Shown in pieces: positions 53,289-64,000 of a stretch of 64,000 nucleotides of DNA. Source of the DNA: Octopus bimaculoides (Eukaryota); the NCBI RefSeq assembly GCF_001194135.2, contig NC_068995.1, forward strand, positions 4,326,184 through 4,390,183. The letters run 5' to 3'. The notes under the pieces were generated by a model that saw only the letters and a program-made list of their open reading frames with translations, did not search any database and was not told the origin of the DNA. The number at the start of each line of letters is the position of its first letter. Position 1 is the stretch's first letter. The position numbers and the translations under genes were made by a program.

Positions 53289-54065
53289 CTAGATAATAAG
53301 TGCTGGGAGAGGGAAGTGTATATGTGCCTATGCATGTGTCCATGTACTGATAGATAAAATATTTTCATAATATTTTAGAATGTTGGAATTCCAGATGTAA
53401 TAAAAGAGAATGCAAGAATTTCAACAGGAACTAGCTGCCAGATTATCGAAATAATTTTCACAATGGGATTACTTTAGGATCTTACCAGTTACATTGTGTT
53501 CCCTTTCCAACATCAACTTTCAAATAAATATATAGTGCAAACATTATTGCAATGAAAAAGAGGGTCTGAATTCCGACAGGAATATTGATTGCTTGCGTAT
53601 GCACATGAATAGAGACTTATGGGAGATGGCTACAGTCGAGTGAAGATTCCACTCACCAACATAATACAGTGTTTATAGTTTACACACTATTAACTCCGCT
53701 TTACAGTATGGCGGCTCTCGAGTGAATTATCGGTTGCTTCGTTGTAACATCAATGATAAATGAAAGAAAGAATTAGCAAAATAGAAATTAAACGAAAATG
53801 CAAAGGAAATATAAAAATATATATATGTATATAATATTACATAAATAAACATTTGGAAGACATCGTGTGTAAATCTAGGAAAGGGGTGGAGAAAGCAGTC
53901 TGAAATGAAGAGATAAGATGGATATAAAGTAGGATTAAAAACAAAATGGAACCCGATGATATTGGATATAATATAGAATAAAAGACTTAATACGGAGGAC
54001 GGTGCAGCCCAGTACGTTACTATACCTCTGACTTAACGCATAACATGTGTGTGTGCGTGTGCGTG

Positions 54066-54107
<42 letters not shown>

Positions 54108-54554
54108 TGCATTATATGTACCTTCAAATATGCATTTGGATTTGTATATATGTATGTATGTGCGTGTGTGTGTGTGTAAGTTTTACTCCGGTTTAAATAT
54201 GAATGATAGACAATCTAATTTTAGTAATACTGATTGTAAATTAATTAGCAAATTATAAAATTATAATGAAGTTAAATGACAGGTATTAGTGTTCATTTAA
54301 AGTGAAATGTAATTAATGTAATTTATGTTATAATTAAGAAGAGAAATAAAATTAAATATTTTAAAATGCAATCTGGGAATTTACACGAAAATTAATGCAG
54401 CCACTTCGTCATCTTTATCTTTTATCTCTTCTGTGTTTCTGTCATAGACTGAGGCCATGCTGGGGCAAAACCGTGAAGAATTTTAGTCGAACGAATCTGC
54501 TCACAGACGTGTTCATAATTAGTTATATTTATAGCCTAGGTGGACATAGGTAGA

Positions 54555-55070
54555 TTAGGCAAAGTGAACCGAGTAAATTGAACTTCCCAAAAGTGGCGAA
54601 ACAAAGTGGTCTACGCAAACAGGGCTAGGAAAAGAGAGCGGTGGAAACATTGCCAGGCAAGTAAAGCTCAGCAAACTGAGCTTAGGCAAACATATTTAAG
54701 CAAACTAGTCTAGGCAAATATAGCTAGGGAAACTGAGCGAAGGACAAGGATGTACTCATATTTGGCATGGCAAATTGAGCTGGGCAAAATGGCTGAACAA
54801 ACTGAGTTATTAAAAATGGCTTGGCAAACTGTCCTGAGCACAAATGGCCAGGAACACCCGACTTAGTAAAGGATCTAGGTAAACATGGCAAACTGGAGAA
54901 GGAAAACTAAACTAGGTCAACTAAGAAAGCATGGGTAGAAGGTAAACTAAAGTAGGCAAATATTGCTAATGAACTTGAGATAGGCAAACTCATCTAGGTT
55001 AACTGAGCTAAACCAACATGGCTATGCAGAGAGAGTTTGGTAAAGACGTCTAGGTAAATGAGCTACGGAG
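54555..55070. repeat. Degenerate tandem array of 13-14-bp units, consensus about TAGGCAAACTGAGC
   Basis: Phased 14-mers at 54683, 54697, 54711 and 54725. Alternating 13/14-mers at 54768-54848 (TGGCAAATTGAGC / TGGGCAAAATGGC / TGAACAAACTGAGT / TATTAAAAATGGC). Confidence 0.8.
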
Positions 55071-56044
55071 CTATTTGTGTGTTGTCTTGTAAATGATACA
55101 AGATCTCTAGACACAGAAGTTTTAACAAGGCTACCATAACCCTGTATTAAAAGTAAAACTTAGTTGACATTAAGTATTTCCTGCACAAAAGCAAAGCTGT
55201 ACAAGAAAATCTTCATTGTTGTTTTTTTTTTCCTTCAAAATCTATAACTAATTCTAGCTCTCATCCTACGATATATTTTCACGCCTTCTTCACAATCTTA
55301 TGTTTCCTCTTTCTCCCGATATAGTTTCTTTCAGTCAAATATAATACGATGTCAGTGTTTTTTTTTTCTAAGGGACAATAGTAACATGTCATACAGACTG
55401 AATGAGCAATATGCTACATATGGACCCATACATTTCCACTGTTTCATTCTTCTGGGTATTTTCGTAGATTTTTGTTTTCTTATTTAACAAACAGAATCCT
55501 TTTCTTTTTTTTTTGTTCTTAACTGCTAAAGTCTTATCAATGGTAAATTATATTTTTGTGTGTTTGTGTTCGCTGTTTTTGAACTTTGCTATATATCTTC
55601 CATACCATTAATGCTTTATTTTATATTTCATTGATGTAATGATGGATCAGACAAATATTCCAAGACACTGAATAATGAAAGTAGAAATAAAAGGCCATTG
55701 CTTCTAACTTGCAGCGGAAAAAAAAAATACCATTTTCAACCACAAGGAAGCAGTTCATTCATGTGCGTTACAAAATAGCTTCTCTTGACAAACAATAAAA
55801 CAAAATACAACAGAGCGAAGCAAAACTATAACGAAACAATACAAAACAAATCTATCTTTGTCATATTATTTCCAGTTCATGTGCCGGTGCGTATATACAT
55901 TTTCGTGTTGATATATTAGTGTACATAATTGTTTGTGTGTTGGTATGTGTGTGTAGAAATGTTTGTATGTGATTATGTGTGCGTGTGCATAGACATTCGT
56001 ATGTTGGTATCTACATATGTATGTATGTATGTATGTATGTATAT

Positions 56045-56110
56045 ATACTCTTTTATTCTTTTACTTGTTTCAGTCATTTTGAATGTGGCCATGCTGGAGC
56101 ACCGCCTTTC
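56045..56110 (-). mobile_element. SINE family B 3' terminal fragment
   Basis: TACTCTTTTATTCTTTTACTTGTTTCAGTCATTTTGAATGTGGCCATGCTGGAGCACCGCC. Related diverged pieces lie at 54420-54510 and 35535-35640. Confidence 0.75.
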
Positions 56111-57182
56111 TAAAAGTTTCTTAACACGAGTGGGATATATACATATATATAATGTATATATAATATTTATAAGTAATATATATATATAATATATACATAT
56201 ATATGATATACATATGTATGTATGTATGTATGTATGTATATATGTATGTATGCATGTACGTATGTACGTATGTATGTATGCATATTATTTGTGTTGATAT
56301 GTATGCGTATATAAATGTTTACGTGTGTGTATGTATACATGTTTGTCTGTGCGTGCATGTGTTGCGCGCATGTATGTGTAGGTAGTTATAGGGAGTGTAT
56401 ATGTGCAAGCGTGCATGTGTGTTTCCTTGTTGTCCGACGTGTAATATACGTGTTCGTATGTTGAAATAAATACACGGGCATTTGTGTATATATATATTCA
56501 AATATACACAATGTAATTGCTTGTGTTTGCGTTAAACATATACATATATCTGTATATTTGTGAATTTGTGTGCGTGTATGTGTGTATAGTTAGTAAACCT
56601 AATTGTTAGGCAACGACTGCAACAATTCAAAAGAACTCGATGCTATTTACTTGTAGAATATCCAGAATTTATTCATAATTTTCCTTCAAAAGCCAGTTAG
56701 ATTCGGGTATTAAAAGCGCAAAAGTGCTCTTCAGAGAAATACCAATTCTTTAGCATGTGCCTTAATGGTTGAAGCAAACTGCAATTTGTAAAAAAAAATT
56801 ATGAAAAACTTAGCGTTGCATAAACATATATATATATGTATGTATATACATACATATATATACATATGTATATACACATGTATAAATATGTGAGTGCGTG
56901 CGCGCGTGGATTGTTGAAAACAAGAAAATGGGACCCTAACACATGCAATAATATTCATTTATTTATTTTTTTGTTTCGTCTTTACCCCCACAAACTTTCA
57001 ACGAAAGTATTGTGAGAAAAACCGAATGCCTAAACAGTGAAATATCGATCGAGATAACACACAAACACACACATACACACATAGATGCACACACACACAG
57101 AAGCGCACATACGCATGCAAATATACTCAGACACACATTAATACAAATTCCTACCCACTCATAAACGCGCATCATCATCATC

Positions 57183-57271
<89 letters not shown>

Positions 57272-57281
57272 CATCATCATC

Positions 57282-57364
<83 letters not shown>

Positions 57365-57395
57365 CATCATCATCATCATTATTATTATTATTATT

Positions 57396-57534
57396 AAGGC
57401 GGAGAGCTGACACAATCTTTAGCACGCCGAGCAAAATGCCTGGCAGGTATTTCGTCCGTCTTTACGTTCTAAGTTCAAATTTCGCCCGAGTCGACTTTGC
57501 CTTTCATCCTTTCGTGCTCGATAAATTAAGTACC
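57396..57534 (+). mobile_element. SINE family A, 3'-truncated
   Basis: AAGGCGGAGAGCTGACACAATC...GTTCAAATTTCGCCCGAGTCGACTTTGCC...AAATTAAGTACC, preceded by long (ATT/ATC)n. Confidence 0.85.
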
Positions 57535-57548
57535 CATGAAACAATCTT

Positions 57549-57685
57549 TATGTTCTGAGTTCAAATTCCACCGTGGTCGACTTTACCTTTCATCTTTTCT
57601 GGGTCGATAAATTAAGAACCAGTGAAACAATGGACAAGTCCCCTTCCCCAAAGCTTCAAGTTTTGTGCCTTCAGTTGAAAGCATT
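57549..57685 (+). mobile_element. SINE family A, 5'-truncated, tail shared with the adjacent LINE
   Basis: GTTCTGAGTTCAAATTCCACCGTGGTCGAC...TTGTGCCTTCAGTTGAAAGC(ATT)n. Confidence 0.8.
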
Positions 57686-58332
57686 ATTATTATTGCTGTT
57701 TTTGCTATGGCAGATGTTACACCGACACTATACCAAAAGAGCTGCCATATCCAATGGCCGAAAGTCCTTTGGGTCATTCCTTCTTGAACGTTCCTTAGAA
57801 TCCTTGCTGTTCTTAACAAGGCTGTTTTCTGCAACGACCCCATTCCGGTAATTTCTAGCTTCTCAAGCCATGCATCCAACCTTTTACTAACAGCTTGTAG
57901 TGTACCAACCACAATCACCACCACTTCTAGGTGCCAAATTGTCCATAGTTCCCCGATTTTCCACTTCAGCTCCTGTTATTTATCCACTTTTTTTCCCTTT
58001 GCTTTTCATTCATCTGTGGCACCCATGGTGAAGAAATATCCACAATTATTGATTTGTTCTTCTTCTCTACGACAATAATATTAGGCTTTCTAGTCACAAT
58101 AAAATGACCACAATGGATGGATATGTCCCACAAGATCTTACTTATACTGTTCGCTTTCGGAAACCTTTTCCGCTTGTTCCTCATACCATTTTTCACTTCT
58201 ACACGTTATACTTATGACACAGATTCCAGTGAACCAATCTGGAAAAGTTGTCCTGGCTTCTCTTGTACTCTTTTAATGCAGGTGTCTTACATTCACTAAT
58301 AATCTGGTATACTATTTCACCTTTCTCACCAC
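57683..58332 (-). mobile_element. 5'-truncated, decayed non-LTR retrotransposon of the R4/Dong type: zinc-knuckle remnant, RLE endonuclease, 3' UTR and (AAT)n tail
   Basis: Minus-strand translation across stops and frameshifts gives GEKGEIVYQIISECKTPALKEYKRSQDNFSRLVHWNLCHKY, then KILWDISIHCGHFIVTRKPNIIVVEKKNKSIIVDISSPW, then VVIVVGTLQAVSKRLDAWLEKL..SLQKTALLRTARILRNV. This matches the known C-terminal motif order of RLE-type LINEs (HxxSxC...YKxRHD, ILWD..RPDIVV..IID, VVGxLG, LQKxxLLxTARILR). Short (AAT)n lies on both sides on the element strand. Confidence 0.85.
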
Positions 58333-58355
58333 TATTATTATTATTATAATTATTG

Positions 58356-58429
<74 letters not shown>

Positions 58430-58433
58430 AATG

Positions 58434-58481
<48 letters not shown>

Positions 58482-58529
58482 TTTACTGTTTTTCTTCATA
58501 ATTAGGTGTTAAAATTGCTGAGAGACTTC

Positions 58530-59700
58530 CAGATTTTTCCATTTCATCTCCTCCTTCTTCTCCTCCTCCTGCTCCTCCTCCTGCTCCTCCTCATTCATTT
58601 TTTTCTTTTTTTCTCCATTTCTACTTTACTTCTTGAATTTTTTTCTTTTTTCTCATTTTTCTTTTACTTGTTCTTTCATCTCTAAATTCTTTTTCTCTTA
58701 CATCCTGTAGTTCTTGTTGTTGGTCTTCATCTTCCTCGACTACCTGTTTTTCTTGTTGTTGATGTTGTTATTATTGCTGCCCCATTTCATCTCCATGCAG
58801 TTGTTGTTGTTGTTGTAGATTTTCCTCCTCCTCCTTCTACGTCATCATCGTCTTTGTAATATTTTTGTTGTATTTTTCCTGTTGTCATTAATGGTGTCAC
58901 TGTTGTTTATGTTATTGTTGTGGTTCTTGATTTTTTTTATCAATATCATCATCCTTCCTTCTTCTTCTTCTTCTTCTTCTTCTTTTTCTCCTCCTTCTTC
59001 TGCCTCTTCTTTTTCTTCTTCTTCTTCGTCTTCTCCCTCTTCTTCTTCTTCTTCGTCTTCTTCTTCTTCTTCTTCTTCTTCTTTTTCTTCTTCTTCTTCT
59101 TCTTCTTCTTCTTCTACCTCTTCTTCTTCTCCTNNNNNNNNNNTCTTCGTCTTCTTCTTCTTCTTCTTCTTCTTCTTTTTCTTCTTCTTCTTCTTCTTCT
59201 TCTTCTTCTACCTCTTCTTCTTCTCCTTCTTCTTCTTCTTCTTCTTCTCCTTCTCCTTCTTCTTCTCCTTCTTCTCCTCCTTCTTCTTCTTCTTCTTCTT
59301 CTTCTTCTTCTTCTTCCCCTTCCCCCTCCTCTTCTTCTTCTTCTTCTTCTTCTTCTTCTTCCACTTCCCCCTCCTCTTCCTCTTCCCCTCCTCCTTCTTC
59401 TTCTTCTTCTTCCTCTTCTCCTTCTTCTTCTCCTTCTTCTCCTCCTTCTTCTTTTTCTTCTTCTTCTTCTTCTTTTTCTTCCCCTTCCCCCTCCTCTTCT
59501 TCTTCTTCTTCTTCCACTTCCCCTCCTCTTCCTCTTCCCCTCCTCCTTCTTCTTCTTCTTCTTCTTCTTCTTCTTCTTCTCCTTCTTCTTCTTCCTCCCC
59601 CCTCCTCCTCTTCTTCTTCTTCTTCTTCTTCTTCTTCTTCCTCTTCCCCCTCCTCTTCTCCTTCTTCTTCGTCATCGTCGTCGTCTTTTTGATATTACTT
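58530..59700. repeat. About 1.2-kb pyrimidine-rich (CTT/CCT)n low-complexity tract
   Basis: Seen directly; source of the poly-F/S/L and poly-E/K ORFs. Further (CT)n at 60280-60890 and (CTT)n at 36805-36901. Confidence 0.95.
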
Positions 59701-60053
59701 GTACTATCGTTCCTCTTCTTGTTCCAGTTGATATCGTATCACTTTTGCAGTTATTCTCCTTGTTGTTGTTTTTGTTGTTGTTACTGCTGTGGATCTTGCT
59801 GTTGCCCCGGACCCTCATTTTCCACCTGTCTGTCCCCATTTACCAATTTCCTCTCACCTATTTCATACTCAACTCTTATCAAATCAACATCAGTTTCACG
59901 CATCATTTATTTCTTCACAAACCATCGTTTCTCTAATTTATTGTCATTAAATATTCTACGTTGCCAAAAGATAAGAAGAAACAACAGCGATTAGCAGAAC
60001 AAATACTAAAAATAACAATATTTTCTTTTAAATGAATTCTTTTAATAATAATC

Positions 60054-60090
<37 letters not shown>

Positions 60091-60098
60091 TAATAATG

Positions 60099-60140
<42 letters not shown>

Positions 60141-60847
60141 TTAATAATAATAATAATAATAAAAATAATAAAAAAAATAATAATAATGATAATAATAATA
60201 ATAATAATGATAATAGAGAATAAGACAAGTCAAAAGAGAAACTAAAATGTTAGAAACAGAGAATATCGCTGGCTTTCTCTTTCACTCTCACTCTCTCTCT
60301 CTCACTCTCTCTCTCACTCTCTCTCTCTCACTCTCTCTCTCTCNNNNNNNNNNNNNNNNNNNNNNNNNNNNNNNNNNNNNNNNNNNNNNNNNNNNNNNNN
60401 NNNNNNNNNNNNNNNNNNNNNNNNNNNNNNNNNNNNNNNNNNNNNNNNNNNNNNNNNNNNNNNNNNNNNNNNNNNNNNNNNNNNNNNNNNNNNNNNNNNN
60501 NNNNNNNNNNNNNNNNNNNNNNNNNNNNNNNNNNNNNNNNNNNCTCTCTCTCTCTCACTCTCTCTCTCTCTCTCACTCTCTCTCTCTCACTCTCTCTCTC
60601 TCTCACTCTCTCTCGCTCTACAAATTTACATACTTCTGTCTCTGTCTCTCTCCTTTTGTAACTACTTCTCTCTCTTTGTCTCTACTTTTCCCTCTCTCCG
60701 TCTTTATCTCTCTCTCTCTCTGTTTCTCTGCTTCTCCCCTACTTCTCTTTACTTCTCTCTTCTCTCCTGCCTTCTTTCTCTCTCTGTTTCTCTCTCCCTG
60801 CCCCTTCTCACTGTCTGTCTGTCTGTCTGTCTCCCTCTAGCACTCTT

Positions 60848-60887
<40 letters not shown>

Positions 60888-61336
60888 ACTCAGTGACACT
60901 CTGCCTTCCTCTATCGATCTGTTTGTCTCTGATAACACTCACGCTCAAACATATATACTACCTTCACCATGACCACTCTCCTGACACTACCACCCTCACT
61001 ACCACTACTATTCTCACTACACTACGGCCATCTCTGCCACCACGACTACCACCACAGCTACCAGTGTTACCAACAAAATCAACAGGACCAGCAATACTTT
61101 CCCCAACGCTACCACTTCAGCCATCATACTCCCACCATCACCAACCCGTCTTCGCCACTGTCACCTGAACTACAACAAACTCACCGTCAGCCACCTCCAC
61201 CATCTGAACACTCATGATCATCATGAGAATACTAGCAACAAATAAAACCACACCAAGAGAAAAACAACAAAGAAAACAATGTGAAAAAACAAAATCAAAT
61301 TAAATCAAAAACAAAATATACTTCTCTCATAATACT

Positions 61337-61590
61337 CCCACCTACAATGATCATGCATGTATATATGTGTGTATATATGTATGTATATATGTGTGTATAT
61401 ATGTGTGTATATATGTGTGTATATATGTGTGTATATATGTGTGTATATATGTGTGTATATATGTGTGTATATATGTGTGTATATATGTATGTATATATGT
61501 ATGTATATATGTGTGTATATATGTGTGTATATATGTGTGTATATATGTGTGTATATATGTGTGTATATATGTATGTATATATGTGTGTTT
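61337..61590. repeat. 12-bp satellite (GTGTGTATATAT)n, about 20 units, with GTATGTATATAT variants
   Basis: Seen directly; translates as (MCVY)n in the ORF track. Confidence 0.95.
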
Positions 61591-61920
61591 CTGCGTGTGT
61601 GTACTGGCAGGCGTGTGTACTCTTATGGAGAAAACAGCAAGTACAAATAAAGAAAATGAACATGCTAATTGCACAAAAAATATTCAGTTAATTTTATGTG
61701 TTTAAACTGGGGGAGAAGTGAAAAGAGTAAAATTTGTAACGTTTTGGACAAAGTCATTTATCAGATAGTAGAGGTGAATCCATGAGCGGTTAGAAATAAA
61801 TAGAAGACAAAGAAGGAGATGAAAAATATTAAGAGAGTCAGGGTAAAGGCACGTGGATTCGGTTCACATGTTTCAAGGCCTTACATGCATAGACACACAT
61901 AAATATATACAGTACATGTA

Positions 61921-61969
<49 letters not shown>

Positions 61970-61995
61970 CATCATCTCTCCCTGTGTTTCACACA

Positions 61996-62041
<46 letters not shown>

Positions 62042-62096
62042 GCAGAGTTGACAGGTGATATCCAGAGATGCTTTTATATTTAAAACACGTAGTACT

Positions 62097-62343
62097 GCTC
62101 AAATTTGGTACACAGAGCCTCTGTGTGTATGTGTGTGTATGCGCGTCTGTGTGGTTAGCCATTTCGAGGGAAGGGAACGGAAGAATCGGTTACATCGACC
62201 CCAGTACACGACTAGTACTTATTTTATCGACTCGGAAAGGATGAAAGCAAAGTCGATCTCAGTAGGATTTGAACTCAGAACATAAAGAGTTGGAAGAAAT
62301 ACCATAATGTATTCTTCTCAGTTATGCCACTTTCTACCACCAC
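62097..62343 (-). mobile_element. SINE family A, diverged, with a (GT)n expansion near its 3' end
   Basis: TACATCGACCCCAGTAC...ATCGACTCGGAAAGGATGAAAGCAAAGTCGA...TTTGAACTCAGAAC. Confidence 0.75.
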
Positions 62344-62359
62344 TAAAATAATAACAACA

Positions 62360-62537
62360 GTTTCAAGTTTTGACACAAAGCCAGCAATTTCGGGGGATGG
62401 GTGGTTAATTTCATCGACCCCAAAAGGATGAAAGGCAAAGTCGACATCGCCGTAATTTGAACTCAGAACGTGAAGACAGACGAAATAGTGTTAAGCGTTT
62501 GCCCCTCGTACTAACGATTCTACTAGTCTGCCATCTT
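62360..62537 (-). mobile_element. SINE family A (tandem partner)
   Basis: ATCGACCCCAAAAGGATGAAAGGCAAAGTCGAC...TTTGAACTCAGAACGTG...CTAACGATTCT. Confidence 0.85.
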
Positions 62538-62679
62538 CGAAATAAAGAAATATTACGAATAAACAACATTGCAACTAAATGAGATGCGAAAAAATCTTTC
62601 AAAGAAATGTTACATGACCAATTGTCAAAGACATTGACTAAGAGGGAGAGAAGACTTATTGAGAATCAGAACCGAAGGG

Positions 62680-62970
62680 CATTGATAAGCAGCCGCAGAT
62701 GATTTGGAGAAATGCTATGAAATGAAAATATAGATGGACGTGGTCATGTCTCCTGCCACACGTCCCTGTCGAAAGCCATTCTTAAGGGTACAATCGATGG
62801 AAGTCGAACTGGAAGGCAAACAGAGACAATCCTGGTTTGACAGCATCAAGCGAACACGCTACGCCTGATAGAGAACAGAGACCAGTGGCGACGTCTGTTT
62901 ATGAAAACGTCTGGATTGGTACCCCCAACGGCTGGCTGTATCAGTTAAGGAATCTTGATGATGGGGATGA
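62680..62970 (+). mobile_element. RTE-clade LINE 3' end, decayed
   Basis: Translation with frameshifts gives GHVSCHTSLSKAILKGTIDGSRTGRQ / KQRQSWFDSIK / ENRDQWRRL...VPP. This is the typical RTE ORF C-terminus (GHV.R..L.K.ILQG.VEG.RRRGRQRK.W.D.IK ... DR..WR.L). It ends in a GAT/GGT trinucleotide tail. Confidence 0.75.
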
Positions 62971-64000
62971 TGGTGGTGGTGGTGGTGGTGGTGGTGGTGA
63001 AAGATGGAAGTCATATTTGTTGTGAATTACGTGAAAGTATTTAATATGTTGTGCGTGAATGTAGTGTTAAGAGGGCATAAAAAGAATATAAAATTAGTTT
63101 TGACAAGTTAAGGAGAAAAAGAAAAAAATGGAATATGGTGTATGATGGGTTATTAAAAAATATTGGATTCTAACCAGATTCCAAATGCGTCAATTACATT
63201 CTTATATTACTTGATTCTATAAGAAGAGAAAATGTCTGAAGGAAGATATGTAAAAGAAAAGCTATCGATAGAATTTACTTCTGTTCTGAAAAGAAAGATA
63301 AATATATAGAATCAGAAAAAAATATCTAGTGATGGTTTTCGTCGGCAAAAAAGCCCCTTAAATATAAAATTATTGAAACAAAATATCCCCTTAAACAAAT
63401 AAACAAAAACAGCTAATAAAATTACGTTTGTATGGTATGAAGAGCGGCGGAGATTGATGACGTTTGTGACAAGTCTTTCCCTACTTGGAACAAATGTAAA
63501 GTGTTTTGAAAGGTAAGAAATTATTCTTTTGTGAATTTCTGTTCGCATTGATTTACAATAAGAATGTTTCAACGAAATATAATGTATTCTATACGAAATC
63601 ACGAATGATTCCTCATATATCGTGACTCATGCGAGCAGATCTTAAAGGAAGAGTAAATAAAATTTAAGTGTGTTCGGTGTTATGCTTATTTGATTTGCAG
63701 CAGGACATTCACAATTTCTATTGTCTTTCTATTTACGGCTCTTTATTACATTTAAGACAACCAATATCTCGCTTATTGCAACAAACGCTGGACAAGATTC
63801 TTTATATTTCTTATATTTTCTTATTGGTTTTACCAATTTGTTCTTACAATTTTCCTCAGCAATTTTTCGCTGTGGTATGTTAAATTTATAATTTTGCAAT
63901 GACTTCGTAAGCACGCTATTAGTTGGTACACATATAGGCACGCAAACATTTATGTAGATATCTATGCATGATGTATATGTATATATATGTTCGTGCGTGC

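Noticed and set aside
53657-53740. Minus-strand exon ending at G|GTGAGT (53656)
   Set aside because: All three frames have stops within about 35 nt upstream and there is no good acceptor. It could only be a non-coding exon, which cannot be tested here.
58912-59517. Poly-Glu/Arg 201-aa ORF and overlapping 338-370 aa ORFs
   Set aside because: Pure (CTT/CCT)n tract spanning a gap with a duplicated flank.

Overview
AT-rich eukaryotic non-coding-type DNA from a fragmented draft assembly, with 17 N-gaps totalling about 4.9 kb, most flanked by (TA)n. The extreme microsatellite density and the SINE families look like a coleoid cephalopod, probably Octopus; this is inference from remembered family sequences, not a database search. 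No protein-coding gene, rRNA, true tRNA or CRISPR array can be supported. Almost all ORFs in the track are translated microsatellites or N-runs. What is supportable: (1) about 15 copies or fragments of one tRNA-derived SINE (family A), plus two other tRNA-headed SINE families (B, C); (2) decayed non-LTR retrotransposon remnants: two R4/Dong-type restriction-like-endonuclease (RLE) LINE ends in trinucleotide microsatellites, one RTE 3' end and one Penelope-like fragment; (3) a 130-bp-arm foldback/MITE; (4) several minisatellites, including an unexplained degenerate 14/13-bp array. A few short exon candidates with good splice signals, mostly on the minus strand, suggest the window may be intronic to an unidentified large gene. 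The most interesting pattern is SINE-A (+) and a probable (TAA)n-targeting LINE (-) sharing one microsatellite tail-to-tail at two loci. Two hammerhead-ribozyme-like relics are also noted.
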